Assembly: GCF_018977255.1 (NCBI RefSeq)
Contig: NW_024704743.1
Span: forward strand, 8,806,001-8,870,000
Length of the DNA stretch: 64,000 nucleotides
Origin: Callorhinchus milii
Lineage: Eukaryota
Direction: 5' to 3'
A program made the position numbers and the translations under genes. The notes under the pieces are model-generated. The model saw nothing but the letters and a program-made list of their open reading frames with translations. It was not told where the DNA came from and did not search any database. This document shows, in pieces, positions 1 through 11,292 of this stretch (position 1 is its first letter; every line of letters starts with the position of its first letter).

Positions 1-765
1 CAGGGCCTGGACGAGTGCAAACTTCCTGCAGCTGAATATGGACAAGATAGAAGCCATACTCCTTGGCTCCCGTCAACGTCTTCACTCCTGCGGATCTAAA
101 CTCCTCAACCTCCCTGGGCTCTCCCTCAGATTCACCGATCCAGTATGCAATCTAGGCGTCCGGTTCGACCCCCAGCTATCCTTCCTCCTTCACATCCGGT
201 CCCTGACCAAGACCACCTTCTTCCACCTCCACCACATTGCCTGCCTCCGACCGTACCACAAATGCAGCTGAAACCCTTGTGCTTGCATTTGTGACCTCCT
301 CCTCGATTACTCAAACGCATTCCTCGCCGGTCTCTCCAGGTCCACTATTCAAAATATCCAGTTCATTCAAAACTCTGCCGCCACATAACTGACATGAACC
401 AAACTCTGTACCCACCTCACCAGCTCTGGCCAGGCTCCACTGGCTCCCCATCACCAAACGCATTGACTTCAAGATCCTCACATTCGTGTTCAAATTCCTT
501 CACTCTCTGGCACTTCCCGACCTCTCTGACCTCCTCACTCCCCAATCCATCACCCGACAACTCCATTTGACTGGCACCGGCCTCCTGCTCAACCCTGACA
601 CCCACTGTCCCACCTTCGGAGGTTGCACTTCCAGCCATTACGTCCTGAAACTCGGGAACACTCTCCCTCAATCCCTCTGCTTTGCCTCATCTCTTCCCTT
701 TGTGAAGTCCCGCCTGAAAACCTTCCTCTTCGACTATGCTTATGGCCATCTCCCCACCCACCCAG
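1..765 (+). mobile_element. L2-clade LINE ORF2 3' fragment, degenerate
   Basis: Frameshifted peptides NFLQLNMDKIEAILLGS..LGVRFDPQLSF..., LHWLPI, KSRLKTFLFDYAY, typical of the L2 ORF2 C-terminus. Confidence 0.88.
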
Positions 766-2774
766 TCAGGCTCCACTACTGGCAAATCCTATTTACTGTT
801 AGGTAAATAGAGGCATTTGGAGTAAGGAAAATTGCCTAAGATTTTGGTGTTCCCGGGAATCAAACCTAGGTCCCCCTGTTTGCGAGGCACTAATCACTAA
901 GCTACAGGACTGCATGATTAGCTTCAGCATGGGGCAATGGTTGGGGTAAAGTCCGCCAGGGTTGTGCATCATTGTTCAGCTTGTTGGTAAGTATGTGCTT
1001 GTGAATAGTTAGTTAAGACTAGGGTCAGTCTTGGCTATGAGGACACTTCATGGTCCAATAGCTTTGTGATATTGGCTGTCAGGTCAAAAATGGCTGTTCT
1101 GGTCAGGAGCCAGGGAACAAATGCCAGCAAGAGCTAGCACCTTCAGGATTGGAGATAAGAGGGGAAAACTGGCCAAAGAAGAAAGAAAATAAATACGACT
1201 TGCACCTTTATGGCGCCTTTTATCATATCAAAAGTCTCAAAGTCCCCGCAAGTAATCACTGGCAAGTGTAGTGTTTTTGTAGGCAAACGTGGCAGCCATT
1301 TTCACTGCTGTGCACACTTAGCTACTGCATTTCTCCTACAATATACAGTCAATCCACTTATATTCTATTATATATAGTATATTCTGTGAAGCACTTTGAG
1401 ACGTCTTATTGACATGATAAGGCGCTATATCAAATGCAAGTATTAGTATTATTATAGTAAGGTGCTGTAAGCGGCAATTGAATGAATGAACAATTTATCT
1501 GGAGGACTCCTGGCCTGAATATTGGGAGAAACTCATTATTCTTTTTGAATAATAATAATCCTTGCATTTGATATAGCACCTTGTTATAGATTTGTGACGT
1601 TTCAAAGTGCTTCACAAAATATATTGTAAAGTGAATTGACTGTATATTTTGTAGGAGAAACTTGGAAATGTTATGGGTTCTTTACTGTCCAAATTGAGGA
1701 CAGGCAAGATGGGTCAACATCTCATCTGGAGGAAATCAGTCATGTGGGAGCCGTGTCAAGAGTATTTGTGATTCATATCCCCTTGGAGCACAGCACTCAC
1801 ACAAATGGCAATTTCAGAACAGAATGTTCCAGGAACATAGCCAATCCTAAACTCTATCAGACCCCAATAATGCCCTTCATTGACCCGGTCTAAATTAACA
1901 AGAGATTGGAGGGGTGAGGAAGAGCTTCATATTACAACAACTTGCATTTGTATAGCCTCCTTCACACAGTGCTACAGAGTAATCATAAACAGATCCTTTC
2001 CCTTAATGAATGCCCCAATCTCTGAACTCCCTGCCTCAATCCCTCACCATGCCCTCCCCTTATCTATCGTTAAATCCCACCTTAAGACCTACCTCTTCGA
2101 CTGTGCCTATGGTCACCTCCCCCTTCTCCCTTGCTCAGCATCTGACCCCAACACTGTAAGTGCTCCGAGATACTATCAGGCGTGAAAAGCGCTGGATAAA
2201 TCCATTTATGAATTGTGGTAGAAGTTAAAGCCTATATTTCCTTGTTTTATACAATTTTTATACTTTTAGGTTGAAATTATACATTTGTTTCGATCAATTT
2301 ACAAAGCTTTTCTTCACCAAACTGCTCTACAATATCATCTCCCACCCCAGAAAAAAGCAAGAGGAATTGACATCTTAGATTTGTTCTATTCTTTGTGAAA
2401 CTTTGAACTGAAAGTCACAGGACACTAAAAATGATGCTCTCTATGGTTTGCTAAGTGAGTGGCATTAAAATCAGTCTGTCACAGCAAAGCAATTGTACAG
2501 GACTGTACAACGCACAACACAGTATGTGGGAGCATGTTATAATTTACATGTTATATTGGTGATATTTCACAGTGACGAATACACAAATTCACAAATACAC
2601 AAACATGTATTTGCCTATAGATACCCAGTCACTACACTTTGCAGTAATTCCCGTGAAGTGCTTTGAGACGTTTTAATGGCAGATGCAAATGCAAGGATTG
2701 TTATAATCATCAGGTTGTTTTGCAGTGATAACATATTAGCAATTTTAAAAAACCCACAGATTCTCCAAATCTGA

Positions 2775-2962
2775 AGCAAAGACAGAGATTCTCGGAATCT
2801 ACAACATGTCGGTCAGTATATGACAGTGAAACATTTTGAGTGTGACCTCTCATCAGAACTGAATAACTGGGCTGCCAAAGCCTCAGTATGTCCCAGCCTT
2901 TAACTCAGCTTCTCTCACAGGTGCTGGTTGACCTGCAGTGGATTATTAGCATTTCTGTTTAT
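2775..2962. repeat. Degenerate Penelope-type inverted repeat with hammerhead-like core
   Basis: Minus strand CAGTT-CTGATGA-GAGGTCACACTC-AAAATGTT. Right arm CTCTCACAGGTGCTG..GACCTGC..AGCATTTCTGTTT. A similar arm occurs at ~27815-27885. Confidence 0.5.
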
Positions 2963-3264
2963 AGCCCTATCTGCTCTGTCTCTACTGATCCTCTTACACT
3001 GGCCTGGTTTGGAAATATCAGACCCACTTCTGCTTTTTACCTACTTCTGCTTTACGAATGTTTAATTCAATCCACGACGGTTTGTGGGATACTGCTGTGC
3101 GCAATTGGCTGCCGAGTTTCGTCCACAAATATACATTCAATTCACTTTACAGTATATTCTGTGAAGTGCTTTGAGACGTCTAGAAGACATGAAAAGTGCT
3201 ATATCAAATGCAAGGATTATTATTATTATATATAATAATTCTACTTTCCCAAACGTTCTCATAT

Positions 3265-3496
3265 GGGAGATATTTAACTTTGGTCTGGATTTACTTTACT
3301 GATACAGCATTTTAGAGTGTCCAGAATTTGATAAATTCTTAAATACTGCTTAATTTTGTTGCTGGTAGGAGTTCTTTTAAGAAGAACAGAAAACTAATTT
3401 CAAGGTTAAAGTTGAATTCAACAACTTGTCAAATCCTGGATGCAATAAAATGTTACAAAACTAGAATAAATCTCGATCCAAGTGGAATTTCACCCC
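3265..3496. mobile_element. Palindromic MITE-like element (~230 bp)
   Basis: The left arm matches the reverse complement of the right arm. End motif (A)GACCCAGGTGGAATTTC recurs at ~5560, ~21875, ~43000 and ~56245. Confidence 0.65.
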
Positions 3497-6400
3497 AATA
3501 AGTGCCTTATCAAACATCTCAAGGTGCTTTACAAGGGTTTATCTCTATATTTATGGGCAAACATGGCAGTCAATGGGCACACACAAAATCCCACAAACAG
3601 TCATGAAGTGACTGACCAATTTTATTTGGGGAAATGTTGGCCAGGACATCAGAGAAAGTCTCTTCTCTTTTTCGAGTTGTACAATGGGATCTTTAAAGCA
3701 GACAGGACCTGGGTTTAATGGCTCATTTGAAGGACAACACGACTGACAATGCAGTACTTCCCCAGCCTGGATTATGAGCCCAGGAGAGGTTAAGATGGGG
3801 TAGAATTCTGAGCCTAGAGAGTTCTAGCAGAATTAGTCATGAGTGCTTAATAAATGATTGAGAAGTGTATTTATTAGTGTCACTAAGTTATAACACTGTT
3901 CAACAAAGTGACAACCTATCACATCCATGTGAATACATTTGCGAGTGCACACACCACTCTGGAGACAGCTAATGGCATTTGAGAGCTAGTTTTGTCTGAC
4001 TTTTCTATGGTTACAGTGCAAACATTTACTTTTCTCCCCCTAAGTTCACCTCTGGTCCTTCTATCAGACATTTGGAAAATGTTCCAGCAATGAGCGAAGA
4101 AAGATTGGATTACTGGCTGAATTCCACGGCATTGGAACGCCAGCGGGAGGAAGAGGGAATGCTTTCTAGAAAGGTGCTGGTGGAATAAAATAACTCAAAA
4201 CATTTCCTCCCCTCCCCCTTCCATAATAAGCAACTTGAGGTATGTTCTCAGGAGTCACTGATTGAATATTCATGACAAAAATAGTTATACAAAAACTACC
4301 CATTATCGTGGAGACAATAGGTCAAAGGGCACACCCCTCTTTATCCGGAGATTGGGCATGATTTTACACTTTGTTTATAGTTTCTTACACTATCAAGATC
4401 TCATACTGAGTTTAGTAAATTTACCTACGAGTGGAAAATAACCCAACTGAATGAGGTAAAAAACAGACCACGCACAATGGGTGAGAAACTCAATAGCCAG
4501 TATGCAATGGAAAGTAGCACTTTCTCTGTCATGCCTAATGTGTAACTGTGTCCTTTAATGGGGACGATGAGGAATGGTAGAGGAAATGGTACCTTGAAAT
4601 AGAAAAACATCTATTTGGATAGAAAGTGCATATAATGCAGAGAACCCCTATGGATATCACCCCAATCCACAAGAACTCAGCCTGATAAGATCTTGTGTTG
4701 GGAGTTGAGGTCTTGGCATACTGGTGAGAATTTTCCCTACAGGGTCTAGATTTAACAGGATTTCTGCAGTTTATAAAATAACTCTTTTAAAAAGCAGCTT
4801 GGATGCAGTGATGAGGTTTTATTTTAAGGTTTCTGACACATGTGGAAACCCATCACCATGCTTAAGAGTATCCAAACCAAGCTGAGATTTCCATGTGTCC
4901 CACCTACACATGGAAATCCCAGAGATAGATTGTTGGAATGGAATGCGCACTCTCTCCCTGGAGGAACGCATCCCGTTTACCTAATTCCAGAAAGTATGAA
5001 GCGCAGATTGGCAAGAGCCAAGCTTGGGGACCCAGAGTACTTGTTGGGGTACTGCTGAAATCTAACCAGCTAAACCGCACAACTTACCATTGATATTGCT
5101 GTCCAGCAAGCTTTCCCGTTGCTACCCGTTAGAGCTTTGGCTTGCAGGGTTAACAGGAGCTGAGTGGGATGACTCCCTGCCCCCAGTGACTGGTCTGCCC
5201 TTCCAAGTCTTACCGATGTGCTAGGTTGGCTGTGCTGTCATCAGCAGGGCCCTGGAATACTGCAGACCTGCCTGGCTCAGGAACTGGACTACCAAGACTG
5301 CCACAGAGGTCTGGCTAGATTCCGACATTCCATTGCCAGGCATGTCATCTTGCAGCCAATTCAGCTCCAAGGAGACCCCACTGATGGGGAGATGGTGGGT
5401 GTTCATGAGGGATGAGATCAATTGGCCTGAAGGGCTTTCTTCATCCAGACCTAATCTTGTGTTCTTGTGAACTTACAGAAAATCCACTTCAAAATTAAGG
5501 CTGCACTTAAGAATTTGAGAAATTCTGGATACTATGAAATATATAGAGTAAATCTAGACCCAGGTGGAATTTCTCCTTGGGGTTTCTTGCAGAATATACA
5601 CTTTACGCCCACAGATCTCTACCCACTGTCAGGTGCCATTTACCCTGCTGTTACCCATCAAGTGCTTTAATCAACCTGAACATGGTTTAAAAACAAGAAA
5701 TATTAATAATATTTGCATTATTAACACATTGTTGAAACATCTCAAAGCGCATCACCGATGTACTGTAGAGTGTAGTGACTGTGTAATTGTAGGTGAACGC
5801 AGCAGCCAATTTGTTCATGACACTGTCACACAAAAAGCCAGGCGGTAAGCAACTAATTCATTTTCTGGGGGATTGTTGGCCAGGAAAGTGGGAAAAACAT
5901 CCCTCTCTTTTTAAATATTGCCATGGGATCTTTAATGTCCTGAACAGGCAGTCTTAATGTCCTAATGTCCTTAGATCGAACACCCCTCTCTTTGAGGCCT
6001 GGATAATTGGAGTTTAGGTACAGATCAGCCATGATCAAATAAAATGGCAGTACATGCTCGAGAGGCTGATGGTCTACTCCTGTTCCTAAATTCCTATGGA
6101 CAGTGCTGCCTCCCACAAGCTTTTCAACTTCCAAACAGCAGCCAATTATTTACTCAGCTTTTCCAAATTTAAAGTTAACTATTAAAATTATTGTTAAGAT
6201 GATATCTGCTGAAGAAGTTTGTAATCACTGCTCCGGGGGTAGGGATTAAATGCCTCGCTTGCTTAATAGAATAGGGAGTCAGGATTGTGAAAGCCTATAA
6301 TCCTCTTTCCACACCCCTCCGGGACTGATGATTTTGTTACCTTAAAATATAAAAGTTTGAACTTCACTTTAATATTCTTGGAGAGACAGGAAAGAACTTT

Positions 6401-6750
6401 GATTTTTAGAATGAAATAATAATAATCCTTGCATTTAATATAGCGCCTCTTGAGTCAGGAGGACGTCTCAAAGCACTTCACAGGATTTGCTATGAAGGAG
6501 AATGTGGCAGTCAATTTGCTCACAGCAATGTCCCACAAGCCACCATGATATGAATAACCAATTTGATCTGGGGGATGGTTGGCCAGGACACCATGAAAAG
6601 CCCCTTCTCCTTTTGAATAGTGCCATGGGATCTTTAATATCTGCCTACAGCAGGTGAGTTTAATGACTCGTCCGAAAATATCGCTGAGAACATGAGAAAT
6701 AATTACTGTCAAGTATTTGGGCCGACAAGGTTCCACACTAAGCTTCGTGA

Positions 6751-7040
6751 GCCGATGACCCCACCTTCACTCGGCGTCGCTGGCTCTCCATCCCCCTGAG
6801 GACCGAATTCAAGATCCTTGTCCTCATCTTTAAAGCCCTCAACGGCCTTGCTCACCTTACCTCTGTGACCCATTAAAACTTCACCATACTACCAGCTCCA
6901 CTAACAGCAGTCGGGCCTTCTGCCTTTCTGCCCTGGAACTCCATCCCGGAGCCCCTCTGCAAAGCCTTTATTGTCCAGTGTCTTGGGATGTCCTCCTGAC
7001 GTGAAAGACACTATATAAATGCAATTTGTTGCTGTTGTTG
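6751..7040 (+). mobile_element. L2 3' fragment
   Basis: CTGGCTCTCCATCCCC..AATTCAAGATCCTTGTCCTCATCTTTAAAGCCCTC, plus the shared tail GGGATGTCCTCCTGACGTGAAAG..CTATATAAATGCAA. Confidence 0.8.
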
Positions 7041-8087
7041 AAGTGAGTGGTTAATTGACAAAAAAGAGATCTGCTCATGAGGCAGAGTCTGAAGTCTTAC
7101 AGCTGTTCACCAAAAACGCTGTGGGTTTTACCATCACTGTCAGTATCTCCTGAATGTTACACTCAGAGACTTGGCATTCAGAGAACCACTCATTCCTAAC
7201 AAGTTGGGTTCCCTCCAACTGAGCTGGAAAATAATGAGCGTCCTGTCAGAATAGTCACAGGTTAGGAGCTAAATATAGTTCAGAGCATTTCTTAGGTTCC
7301 ACACTAAGCTTCGTGAACATTTTCGCCCGGTTTAAAGCCAAAAAAACAACTGCAGTGAAAAAACATTCTTATAATAATAATCTTAATGTACATTTGGTAA
7401 GAAGTAACTGTTTATTAGCTCACAAAATGTTCAGTGAGTTTTTTAAAAATAAAACCCAGCTGGCGCTTTATTTTTTCCGTTCTGTGACCATTTTCTCCTC
7501 CCACCTCTACCATCCTCTCCTGAAGGTATACCTTCATTCCCCTATGAACTGAGGTATAATATGATGGGCACCAAACACCATCTGATGCCACACAAAAGGG
7601 CTATTATTCCCTTGTGAGCGTAGCCAGTCAGGGTTGGCTGACATGTACCACAGATCAATCACAACAGCCTAGATCCACGCACATGCACGATCCAGGCATG
7701 GCCTTTGGATAGTGATATTGGGGCCTGGGCTGATTCGTTGAAGACAATTGCTGTGCCTCAACTGCTCCTTTGGCTGAGATCAGCTAATCCAGCTCAGACC
7801 AGGAGAGATTCAAACTTGTGAACCTCCAGATAGCTCCTGGAAAGTAATAAAACTTTTAGCACAGTACCCGTGGAGCGAGAGGGAAAGGAAGGGTGCATAA
7901 TCTTGTCAGGAGGTAAAACTGATCTAAGGAACCGTGATACTGTTAATAAGCTGCTATTCTTTAAAGTTAAATGAAGCAACTCATTGAAGTAACAATAAAG
8001 GACTCCATTTAAGGATTTTCCCAAATTCCATATGATCTTACATCGGTAGTTAGGCCTTTAGCCTTTCTAATCCACCTTCCTCCGGAA

Positions 8088-8894
8088 TATCGCCAGATTA
8101 TCGCCAGATTACGGCACTACCTCACCCCTCACGCCGCTGAAACCCTGGTTCACGCCTTTGTCACCTCAAGGCTGGACTATGGGAACTCTCTCCTCGCCGG
8201 CCTTCCCGCCACCTCCCTCCACAAGCTGCAGGTCATTCAGAACTCTGCAGCTCGTGTACTGTCCCGCACCAGGCTTCGCGATCACATCACTCCCACCCTC
8301 GCTCGCCTCCACTGGCTCCCCATCCCCAGAGGATTGATTTCAAGATCCTCATCCTCACCTACAAGGCCATTCACGGCCTTGCTCCCTCCTACCTCTCCAA
8401 CCTACTATCCCCCTACCTACCTACCCGTACCCTCCGTTCCTCTGGCTCCGGTCTGCTCCATGTCCCCCGCCCCAACCGCCCTACTATCGGTGGTCGGGCC
8501 TTCAGCCTCTCAGCCCCCAGGCTCTGGAACTCCATCCCCCAGTGCCTTCGCCTTGCTTCCTCCCTTTCCTCCTTCAAGGCCGGTCTCAAAACCTTTCTCT
8601 TTGACCGTGCCTTCAGCTCCCCTCTCGACTCTCTTCCTCCTCCTCGCTCCCTCCCTTCCCTCCCCTCACCCTGACCATTCCCCCTCCTCTCTCCCTCCCT
8701 TCCCTCCCCTCACCCTGACCATTTCCCCCCTGCTCGGGTCATGACCCAACTGTGCAGCGCCTTGGGACGTCCTCCTGACGTGAAAGGCGCTCTATAAATG
8801 GAATCTTGTTGTTGTTGTTGTGTGCAGCGCCTTGGGACGTCCTCCTGACGTGAAAGGCGCTCTATAAATGGAATCTTGTTGTTGTTGTTGTTGT
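8088..8894 (+). mobile_element. Young 5'-truncated L2 LINE with intact ORF2 C-terminus, duplicated tail and TCCGGAA target-site duplication
   Basis: Stop-free frame ~8100-8674 (IARLRHYLTPHAAETLVHAFVTSRLDYGNSLLAGLP...LHWLPIPQRIDFKILILTYKAIHGLAPSYL...LKTFLFDRAF). CpG-rich. Tail ends in (GTT)n. Confidence 0.92.
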
Positions 8895-10469
8895 TCCGGA
8901 ACTTCATCTCAGAGTCCCTTCAACTCGCCCCCTCCTTTGCCTCTTTCAAGACCCGTTTCAAGACCTTCCTCTTGGACTGTGCCTTCAATCATCCTCTCAC
9001 CTCCAGCCACTTGCTCTCAACCCCTCTTGCCTCCAATTCCCAGCTTGGGTTCAAACTCCTCTCTGTCCAGCGCCTTGGAACGAGCTCCCAACATGAAAGG
9101 CACTATATAAATGCAATTTGTTATTATTGTTTATGGAGATGGTCTTTAAAGCTAAGAATGGGAGGATTTCGGACCTCGCACGACACTGAATCTGGTCATA
9201 TTTATCAATTAATATTTTAAGTTAATAAGTTAATTCGTATTTTTCAAAAAAAGAAAATATATTAATTCTTAAGAATTTAAAATCTCGTTTAACTTGAGCT
9301 AAGATTTCTTCAAGTTCACATACCTCAGGCTTATCGTTTGACAGTACCAAAGGCTCTGATATTCTGCTGTTTGACAAGCTGGTGATGTGATCTTGTGGGG
9401 TAAGACTGTACAGGTACAGTATCACTTTCCTGTCACTTTGCTACCAGCAGCCTGGTGAAGGACCAGCGATGCTGTTGTGCATCATTTTATTAGCAGGTCT
9501 GAATGTCTTATTTCCTCAGAGAGCTGAAATCTCAACCAGAGTAACCTGAATGCAGCTGTTTGAACAGCAGGACATTGCCATCCTTTTTGCTCTTTCACCA
9601 CAAATGCAAGCTAAGGTAATATTAATTGTGAGATACCTCTCCAGCCCTTTAGCTTACAGGCTTGGGAACAATTGCTTCCAAGTCTCGTCAGTCAGCGAGA
9701 CAGATTGGTCAACAATCAGTTGGGCGTCCTGCAAAGCTGCCTGGCTTTTGGCAAAACTGCACAGAGATCTTGATGGTAGTGTGTGGGGGAGGGGGGGGAT
9801 TGAGGAAAGGGTCGGCACACACACAATAAAGACAACAGTGCACAGTGGGCCAAGACAACAATGGTAGAGTAATAATAATAGTAATCCCTGCATTTGATCT
9901 AGCGCCTCATCACATCTCAAAGCGCTTCATAGGATATACCGTGGGTATTTGTGAGTGAATGCAGCAACCAATTTACTCACAGAAATGTCCCACAAACAGC
10001 CATGGAGTGAGTGACCAACTTATTTGGGGAATTGTTGGCCAGGACACTGGAAGAAACTCCCTTTTCTTTTTGAATAGTGCCACAGGATCTTTAACATCTG
10101 CCTGGAAAGGCAGCCACAGTTTAACATCACATCCCAATTTAGGGAAATCCCCAATTGAAAGCTCTATTGCCCTAAAGTAGCATTTCAGCACTAAATAAAG
10201 TTGTTTTGCTCTTTTTGTTAGCCATGTCTTTTTGATCAGCTGGGTGTCTGACACATGCAGAAACCCATCACCGTGCTTAAGAGTATCCCAGCAAGACTGA
10301 GAGTTGCACATGTGAATGTCACCTACACATGGATAAGGCTTATTATAATAAGTATGGATTACTAATAATAATTTGGAGTTTAGGAAGGCTATGAGCATAG
10401 GGATGAATACAGTATTGGGGATAAAATAGAAAAGAATGAATGGTTGTGACCAAATGTGAGAGGTTGTAG

Positions 10470-10782
10470 GTAATAATAATTCTTGCATTTGATATAGTGC
10501 CTTATCACATCTTCGAGACGTCTCAAGGCCCTTCACAGAATATGGCAGTGTCCCACAAACAGTGGATTGAGTAAAATTATTATTTAAAAAAAATTGAAGG
10601 GATTATTACCCCCGGAAAGCGATCTGTCAATCGACTAACATCCAGGTTCCTACTTACTGCTAGGTAAACAGAAGTATGTGGAGTAAGGAAACTTGCCTAA
10701 GGTTTCGCCCCGCCCGGGAATCGAACCCAGGTCCTCTCCCTTGTGAGACGAATGCTCTAACCAATACATCATATATAGGACT
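10470..10782 (-). mobile_element. tRNA-derived SINE, long subtype with internal deletion
   Basis: GGGAATCGAACCCAGG B box (reverse), CCTACTTACTGCTAGGTAAACAG core and tail. Confidence 0.82.
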
Positions 10783-11232
10783 TCACAGTCATAGACATGG
10801 GAAGGATCATCTCGATCGCCTATGATAGTTATTGTGCAGAATCTTGGAAAATTATCCTGAACTGAGCCTTAACCTGGAAGCTGGCTTTCTACAGTTCTTT
10901 TTGTATATTGCACAAAACTGGATTTCAAGTTATCACTGAGTTCAAAAATTCTGCAAAATCTTAAAAATGGATGTAATATAAATAATCCTTGCATTCGATA
11001 CAGCACTTTTCATGTTGGGAGGTCATCTCAAAATACTTCACAGGATTTACTGTAAAGTGTAACAACTGTCATTTCATACGATTATTGATTAAAGCAAATT
11101 GTGTGTTTATATGGTGAAAGAGGGGAACCAATATTAGAACCAGCAATGCATTAACCTGTAGTACAGACACTGTGTGAGAAGATGCCAACCTTCCTTTTCT
11201 GCACATAATCTGTGATCAACAATGCCTCTTAC

Positions 11233-11292
11233 CTGGGAATGCTGGCGATTCGGGCAGCGTTGGCTCCTCGGTTCCGAGAGCAGTATTGCCAT
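11233..11292 (-). CDS. NRP1: NRP1 exon 12 (linker), 60 nt, phase 1-1
   Basis: Acceptor ttcctcctttgtag, donor gtaaga. Encodes DGNTALGTEEPTLPESPAFP, which aligns without gaps to human GGTTVLATEKPTVIDSTIQS and has the same 60-nt size. Confidence 0.87.

Noticed and set aside
5082..5130. Perfect GTAAGT donor preceded by DSNIN, superficially like exon 12
   Set aside because: There is an in-frame TAG upstream, the site lies within an interspersed repeat, and a much better exon 12 exists at 11233-11292.
9637..9756. 120-nt AG..GT segment in intron 12 as exon 13 or a cassette exon
   Set aside because: In the required phase it hits TGA after 13 codons and has no MAM-domain similarity. Such splice-like pairs are common by chance.
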